A stretch of 49,828 nt of DNA from Arcobacter sp. (GTDB taxonomy: Bacteria; Campylobacterota; Campylobacteria; Campylobacterales; Arcobacteraceae), in NCBI GenBank assembly GCA_015663165.1, contig DQSS01000035.1, forward strand, positions 1-49,828. The letters run 5' to 3'. Below, piece by piece: positions 45,263-49,828 of the stretch. Numbering within the stretch: position 1 is the first letter of the stretch; the number at the start of each line of letters is the position of its first letter. Made by a program: the position numbers and the translations under genes. The notes under the pieces are model-generated. The model made no database searches. It saw only the letters and a list, made by a program, of their open reading frames with translations, and was not told where the DNA came from.

Positions 45263-45890
45263 TATAGGAAATTCGACTTATCATTTTAAAAAGAACAATA
45301 ACAACTGTTTTAAAGTTGATTTAAATTCTGATTTAAAAAATCTGGGTTTAAAACTAAAAGGTAAAATGTATTTTATTAGTGTTAATGACAAGGCAAGTAA
45401 AAAACTACTAAAAGCTTTTCCAAATGCAATAAATATAAATAAAAAATTTAAAATAAAAACAAAATATTCTTCAACATTAGGTGTTGATAGAATAGCAGCA
45501 TCTAACAACCATAAAAATGCAATTATCGTGGATTTTGGTTCTGCTATAACATTAGATATCATAAAAAATAGTAAACATCTTGGTGGATTCATAATGCCTG
45601 GTATTGATATACTTAAAAGTAATTATCCCAAAATATCACCAAAACTAGCTTTTGATTTTGTAACTAATACAAATTTAGATAAGATGCCACTAAATACAAA
45701 TGAAGCAATAAATTATGGCATTATTAACATGGTAGTACTACCTATAAAAAGAGTACAAGAAGAGTATAATTTAAAGATAATATTCACAGGTCAAAATAGT
45801 AAATTAGTTTTAAAATATTTTGATAACTATAAATTCAAACCAAATCTTATATTTAAAAATATGAAAAAAGTTGTAAAAGGACTAAAATGA
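45249..45890 (+). CDS. coaX: Type III pantothenate kinase
   Basis: 213 aa with N-terminal LCDIGNS and the VDFGSAITLD and LGVDR motifs. Confidence 0.8.
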   Translation: MILCDIGNSTYHFKKNNNNCFKVDLNSDLKNLGLKLKGKMYFISVNDKASKKLLKAFPNAININKKFKIKTKYSSTLGVDRIAASNNHKNAIIVDFGSAITLDIIKNSKHLGGFIMPGIDILKSNYPKISPKLAFDFVTNTNLDKMPLNTNEAINYGIINMVVLPIKRVQEEYNLKIIFTGQNSKLVLKYFDNYKFKPNLIFKNMKKVVKGLK

Positions 45891-46492
45891 TAACAATAGC
45901 ACTACCAAAAGGTAGAATAGCAGAACAAACACTTGAAAAATTCGAAAAAGCATTTGGAGAAAAATTTGTTTTTGAAGATAGAAAACTTATCTTGCAAAAA
46001 GCAGGATTTACATTTTTAAATGTAAGAAATCAAGATGTTCCAACTTATGTTATGTATGGAGCAGCTGATTTAGGTGTTGTTGGACTTGATGTATTAGAAG
46101 AAAAAGAATATGATCTAATAACTTTACTTGACTTAAAAATTGGTCAATGTAAAGTTGCAATTGGACTTAAAGCTGGTGATACAATAGACTGGAATAGGAG
46201 CTCAATAAAAGTTGCAACAAAACACACAACTATTGCTAAAAAATTCTTTGAAAGTAAAGCAATGGCAGTTGAATTAGTAAAATTGTATGGTTCAATTGAA
46301 CTTGCTCCTTTGGTTGGACTTGCTGATTGTATTGTTGATATTGTTGAAACTGGTGAAACTATGAAACAAAATGGTTTAGTAGTTGGTGATACAATTATGG
46401 AATCATCAGTTCAACTAATTTGTAATAAAAATTCTTACTACTCTAAAAAAGCTGAAATTTTAAATATAAAAGAAAAAATTGAACGCACTTAA
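45887..46492 (+). CDS. hisG: ATP phosphoribosyltransferase, short (HisZ-dependent) form
   Basis: 201 aa with IALPKGR, DVPTYV and DIVETGETMKQNGL motifs. It has an ATGA overlap with coaX. Confidence 0.9.
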   Translation: MITIALPKGRIAEQTLEKFEKAFGEKFVFEDRKLILQKAGFTFLNVRNQDVPTYVMYGAADLGVVGLDVLEEKEYDLITLLDLKIGQCKVAIGLKAGDTIDWNRSSIKVATKHTTIAKKFFESKAMAVELVKLYGSIELAPLVGLADCIVDIVETGETMKQNGLVVGDTIMESSVQLICNKNSYYSKKAEILNIKEKIERT

Positions 46493-47174
46493 TTTATACT
46501 CAAATATAGAACAATATCTTGACTTTAGTGATGAAGTAGAAGAACTATATGGAGCATATAAAGAAATCATCAAAGAAATAGATTGTTCAAGCCTTATAGA
46601 TATAGGTTGTGGACAAGGTGATTTTTTACTGCAAATACAAAATAAAAACTTAAAAACTTTTGGTATTGACTTAAGTAGTGAACAAATAAAAGTTTGCCAA
46701 GAAAAAAATCTGCCATCACAATGTATAGATATAGCAGATGTAAAAGAAACATACTCTTGTGCTACAGCAATTTTTGATGTACTTAACTATATGGATAAAA
46801 ATACTCTAAAATCATTTTTAAAAGCTACTTATGATGTAATAGAACCTAAAGGTTACTTCATCTTTGATGTAAATACTCTTTTTGGATTTGAAGAAGTTGC
46901 ACAGGGAACTTTAAATATAAATTTAGAAGATAAGTTTATTGCTTTAGATGCTTTTTTTGAAAACAATAAACTAACAACAAACATAACATTATTTCAAAAA
47001 AAAGAAAATAACTTTTATACTAAAAATGAAAATCATATAACTCAACATTTTCATAGTAAAGATAAGCTTTTAAAATTACTCGCAAATATAGGATTCAATG
47101 CTCAAAAAGTAGTACATTTTAATCTTCATGAAGATGAAGAAGCTGATAAATATATATTTATTTGTACTAAATAG
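46479..47174 (+). CDS. Class I SAM-dependent methyltransferase
   Basis: 231 aa with a TTG start overlapping hisG by 14 nt. SAM motif I is LIDIGCGQGDF and the post-I acidic residue is in GIDLS. Confidence 0.7.
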   Translation: MNALNLYSNIEQYLDFSDEVEELYGAYKEIIKEIDCSSLIDIGCGQGDFLLQIQNKNLKTFGIDLSSEQIKVCQEKNLPSQCIDIADVKETYSCATAIFDVLNYMDKNTLKSFLKATYDVIEPKGYFIFDVNTLFGFEEVAQGTLNINLEDKFIALDAFFENNKLTTNITLFQKKENNFYTKNENHITQHFHSKDKLLKLLANIGFNAQKVVHFNLHEDEEADKYIFICTK

Positions 47175-47180
47175 TTAAAA

Positions 47181-47206
47181 TAACCTCTAAGTAGAGGCTA
47201 TTTTTA
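47181..47206. terminator. Hairpin terminator between convergent methyltransferase and rrc genes
   Basis: TAACCTCT-AAGT-AGAGGCTA stem-loop (5 GC-rich bp plus 2 AT bp with one mismatch) followed by TTTTT. Confidence 0.5.
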
Positions 47207-47213
47207 TTTATGT

Positions 47214-47873
47214 TTATTTTTTAGAATTTAGTCTTGATTGATATTCTTCTGGATGCTTACAAACAGGGCAAACCTTTAAAGCTTTTTTACTATAATGTAC
47301 ATGACCACAAACTTCACAAATCCATGCTTCATCTGTATCATCACTTAAAAATTCAGCACCCTCTTCAAGTCTTTCTAAAAGCATTTTAAACATATTTTCA
47401 TGTTCTACTTCTATTTTACCAATACCTGTAAATAATTTTGCAGCTTCTTTATGACCTTCATCTTTTGCGATTTGGGCAAAATCTGGATACATAGTAATAT
47501 TTTCATAAGATTCGCCATCTATTGCCATTTGAAGATTTTCTTTTGTATTTCCAAAATTATTATCACTATTATTCATCATTCTGTTATTTAAAGATAGTTC
47601 AAGTTTAGCATGAACCTTTTCATTATTTGCTGCTCTTTGAAAATGTTCTGCTATATCTCTATAACCTTCTTTTTGAGCAACTTTTGCAAAATATTCATAT
47701 TTATTTCGTGCTTGTGATTCCCCAGCAAATGCTTTCATTAAATTTACAGAAGTTAAGTTTTCTGTAATCATTTCCATTGCTTCACCACAACAATGAAGTT
47801 CCCCACCGCCTACATTTTGCACTTCAATTACATTTCCACATTTGTTACATTTGTATGATTCATATTGTCTCAT
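47214..47873 (-). CDS. rrc: Desulforubrerythrin (Rrc-type: desulforedoxin-like + rubrerythrin four-helix bundle + rubredoxin domains)
   Basis: 219 aa. The N-terminal domain is CNKCGN...CCGEAM (Dx-like). The central part holds ferritin-like ExxH motifs (EKVHAKLE, EVEHENMF). The C-terminal rubredoxin is CEVCGH...CPVCKH. Confidence 0.85.
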   Translation of the reverse strand: MRQYESYKCNKCGNVIEVQNVGGGELHCCGEAMEMITENLTSVNLMKAFAGESQARNKYEYFAKVAQKEGYRDIAEHFQRAANNEKVHAKLELSLNNRMMNNSDNNFGNTKENLQMAIDGESYENITMYPDFAQIAKDEGHKEAAKLFTGIGKIEVEHENMFKMLLERLEEGAEFLSDDTDEAWICEVCGHVHYSKKALKVCPVCKHPEEYQSRLNSKK

Positions 47874-47894
47874 TTTTAATTCCTTTTAGTTTTA

Positions 47895-47975
47895 TTGGAT
47901 AATCTTTTTCCATAAGATAATTATGTCAGAACTATACTTAAAGGAAAATTATTATCTTCTAATAATTAATATCTT
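47895..47975. promoter_or_regulatory. Divergent promoter region with several Fur/PerR-box-like GATAAT/ATTATC hexamers
   Basis: GATAAT occurs at 47898-47903, GATAATTAT at 47916-47924, the inverted AATTATTATC at 47947-47956 and TAATAATTAATATC at 47960-47973. It sits between rrc and a Fur-family gene. Confidence 0.4.
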
Positions 47976-48041
47976 TAGTTAAGTTTATTATATATCAACT
48001 TTAAATATAATGCATAATAAATTTAAATATGGAATAAAAGA

Positions 48042-48443
48042 ATGGATTATATAGCAATATTACAAAATCATAATTTAAAAGTTACTCCTCAAAGATTAGA
48101 AATAGTAGATATCTTACATAAAAATGGGCATATAAATATTGATGATTTATATAAAGCATTACAAAGTAAATTTCCATCACTTTCATTAGCAACTATATAT
48201 AAAAATATAAATAAAATGTGTGATAAGTCATTTTTAATCGAACTAAAAATACCAGACCAAAAAAATGTTTATGAACTAACAAAAAAAGAACATTCTCATG
48301 TTGTATGTTCAAAATGTAACGCAATTATGGATATTAATTTAGATACTTTGAGTATATTAAATCAAGCAAAAGAATTAAGTCATTATAATTTAGATAAGAG
48401 TTCAATAATCTTCAATGGACTTTGTCCCAAGTGTCTAGATTGA
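48042..48443 (+). CDS. perR: Fur-family metalloregulator, PerR-like by context
   Basis: 133 aa with a winged-helix N-terminus (KVTPQRLEIVDIL), an HSHVVC motif, and two CxxC pairs (CSKC, CPKC). It is divergent from rrc. Confidence 0.7.
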   Translation: MDYIAILQNHNLKVTPQRLEIVDILHKNGHINIDDLYKALQSKFPSLSLATIYKNINKMCDKSFLIELKIPDQKNVYELTKKEHSHVVCSKCNAIMDINLDTLSILNQAKELSHYNLDKSSIIFNGLCPKCLD

Positions 48444-48457
48444 CTTAAAACTTATCA

Positions 48458-48496
48458 TAAAAAAAGGCTTGGAAGAAAACTTCCAAGCCTTTTTTG
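48458..48496. terminator. Strong bidirectional rho-independent terminator
   Basis: An A-run, then GGCTTGGAAG-AAAA-CTTCCAAGCC (perfect 10-bp stem), then TTTTTT. It serves both the Fur-family gene (+) and rpsR (-). Confidence 0.8.
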
Positions 48497-48510
48497 TTTA
48501 AAATAAGTGA

Positions 48511-48768
48511 CTATCTTGAGTAAGCAGCACCTACAATGTTTTTAGTATTTACTATGTAAGGTACTAAAGCCATGTGTCTAGCTCTTTTGATTGCAACTTC
48601 AACTTGCTCTTGATGTCTTTTAGAAGTACCAGTAAGTCTTCTAGGCATAATTTTACCTCTTTCACTCATAGAAATTTTTAATAACTCTAAGTTTTTATAA
48701 TCAATATGATCAATTTTCATTGAACTGTATTTACAATATTTTTTTGCGAATTTTCTTCTTTCAGCCAT
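48511..48768 (-). CDS. rpsR: 30S ribosomal protein S18
   Basis: 85 aa with a YKN...L..F(I)S.RGKI.PRR.TG motif and the rpsF-ssb-rpsR order. Confidence 0.9.
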   Translation of the reverse strand: MAERRKFAKKYCKYSSMKIDHIDYKNLELLKISMSERGKIMPRRLTGTSKRHQEQVEVAIKRARHMALVPYIVNTKNIVGAAYSR

Positions 48769-48783
48769 GTTTATGTCCTTGTT

Positions 48784-49314
48784 CTAAAATGGGATTTCAT
48801 CTTCATCGATGTTTATTTCAGGTATATTTTGAGGTTGTTGAACCATACCACCTTGATTTTGTGTATTGCTATAACTTTGTTGCTGTTGTGGGGCATTGTA
48901 CTGATTTTGTTGTGGTGCTTGATATTGTTGTTGTGGAGCAGCTTGGTTGTCATAATTTTGACTACCATTACTTCCACCCATTGAATCAGCTTTAGAATCT
49001 AAAAATTTAAAAGTTTCAACTCTTAAAGAATGTTTGCTTCTATTTCCACCATTTTGGTCAGTCCATTGCTCTAACACAAGTCTACCTTCAAGCATAACTT
49101 TAGAACCTTTTCTTACATATTGATTTAGTATCTCAGCACTTTTTCCAAAAACATTAAAATCTAAAAAACAAACTTCATCTTTTTGTTCTCCAGTTTGAGT
49201 TTTATATTTGTGTGATGTAGCAATTGCGCCTTTGGCAATAGCAGCTCCACTTGGAATATATTTTAACTCAATGTCTCTAGTTAGGTTTCCGATCATAATT
49301 ACTTTGTTATACAT
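48784..49314 (-). CDS. ssb: Single-stranded DNA-binding protein
   Basis: 176 aa with an OB-fold N-terminus (MYNKVIMIGNLTRDIELKY), a Gln-rich linker and the acidic tip DEDEIPF. Confidence 0.9.
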   Translation of the reverse strand: MYNKVIMIGNLTRDIELKYIPSGAAIAKGAIATSHKYKTQTGEQKDEVCFLDFNVFGKSAEILNQYVRKGSKVMLEGRLVLEQWTDQNGGNRSKHSLRVETFKFLDSKADSMGGSNGSQNYDNQAAPQQQYQAPQQNQYNAPQQQQSYSNTQNQGGMVQQPQNIPEINIDEDEIPF

Positions 49315-49340
49315 AAGATGTTCCTTTTATACAGTTCTTG

Positions 49341-49730
49341 TTATTCCGCAGCTGCTTCAGTAGCTGGTGTAGCTTTTGCAGTAGTTTTTTTAGCAGATTC
49401 AGCACTCATTGCAGTCCATTGTGCAACTTCAGTTTTACTTTCATATTTAATGAAGATGAATCTTAAGATTGCTTCGTTAATTCTATAGTTTCTTTCTAAT
49501 TCTAAAATAGACTCAGTTGGAGCAGTAAAGAAAATAAGGTAATAATGACCTCTTTTATTTTTTTCTATTTCATACGCAAGATCTCTTGTACCCATATCGT
49601 CAGTCGCAACGATTGTACCACCATTTTTCTCAATATTTGATTTTACTAAATCAATTTGAGCCTTTGTTTCTTCTTCTGTTAAAGTTGGTTTAACTATAAA
49701 CATAGTTTCGTAATGTCTAATTCTAGCCAT
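49341..49730 (-). CDS. rpsF: 30S ribosomal protein S6
   Basis: 129 aa with [12 protein letters not shown]-type N-terminus and an Ala/Glu-rich tail. Confidence 0.9.
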   Translation of the reverse strand: MARIRHYETMFIVKPTLTEEETKAQIDLVKSNIEKNGGTIVATDDMGTRDLAYEIEKNKRGHYYLIFFTAPTESILELERNYRINEAILRFIFIKYESKTEVAQWTAMSAESAKKTTAKATPATEAAAE

Positions 49731-49770
49731 TTGTTCTCCTTTTGGTTTTCGCCATTCTAATTCTAAATAA

Positions 49771-49778
49771 ATTTAGCA
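49771..49778 (-). promoter_or_regulatory. Candidate extended -10 element (TGCTAAAT) for the rpsF-ssb-rpsR operon
   Basis: The reverse complement of 49771-49778 is TGCTAAAT, about 40 nt upstream of the rpsF ATG. AAAAGGAGAA serves as RBS. Confidence 0.3.
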
Positions 49779-49828
49779 TATTACAGCAAGGTTTTTTGTG
49801 AACTCGGATTTTATCTAAAAAATACTAA

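Noticed and set aside
48784-48990. Gln-rich repetitive stretch (PQQ/QQN units) in the 3' third of ssb
   Set aside because: This is the normal intrinsically disordered linker of bacterial SSB preceding the acidic DEDEIPF tip. It is not a separate repeat element.
48720-48995. 91-aa plus-strand ORF overlapping rpsR and ssb
   Set aside because: It is antisense to two highly conserved genes. Its length comes from the CAA/CAG-rich ssb linker read on the opposite strand.
1-49828. Scan for tRNA/rRNA genes, CRISPR arrays, transposases, integrases, phage genes, toxin-antitoxin pairs or known defence-system hallmarks
   Set aside because: None were recognised. Every gap longer than 150 nt was read on both strands and contains only promoter-like AT-rich sequence, terminator hairpins or the gene fragments described above. 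By eye, small structured RNAs cannot be fully excluded.

Overview
This is an AT-rich (about 28-30% GC by eye), very gene-dense chromosomal segment. It is probably from a Campylobacterota genome of the Arcobacter/Aliarcobacter type. That placement is an inference from the protein set: a futalosine-type UbiD decarboxylase, an IspDF fusion followed by an HP1021/CemR-like atypical regulator and pgpA, an Rrc-type desulforubrerythrin, and HWRQPL-box histidine kinases. I call 54 protein-coding regions (one partial at the window start), one extra out-of-frame gene fragment, five hairpin terminators and a few promoter or operator candidates. I found no rRNA, tRNA, CRISPR array, transposase, integrase or prophage hallmark. 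The content is overwhelmingly core housekeeping: galU-pgi, rimO, nfo, panC, gdhA, ispDF, pgpA, coaE, dapF, ispB, plsC, purSQ, purC, metH, ctpA, coaX, hisG and rpsF-ssb-rpsR. I could not find a convincing new multi-gene system of the defence-island kind and will not claim one. Six observations seem most worth following up. (1) Up to three secreted-protein genes have signal peptides upstream of any ATG/GTG/TTG, which implies AUU/AUC/AUA initiation; the best case is the MBL-fold gene at ATT 39917. (2) A permease(CxC) + thioredoxin-like + periplasmic MBL module carries degenerate metal ligands in the MBL. (3) A WD40-like periplasmic gene next to a solo PqiA-like gene is frameshifted and lacks a canonical start. 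(4) An operon joins a sensor kinase, a REC-PAS regulator, an AEC transporter and an AsnB-like amidotransferase. (5) The CemR/HP1021-like orphan regulator has Ser at the phospho-acceptor position. (6) A divergent rrc/PerR-like pair has Fur-box-like hexamers between the genes. All functional calls come from motif recognition by eye; no database search was possible.
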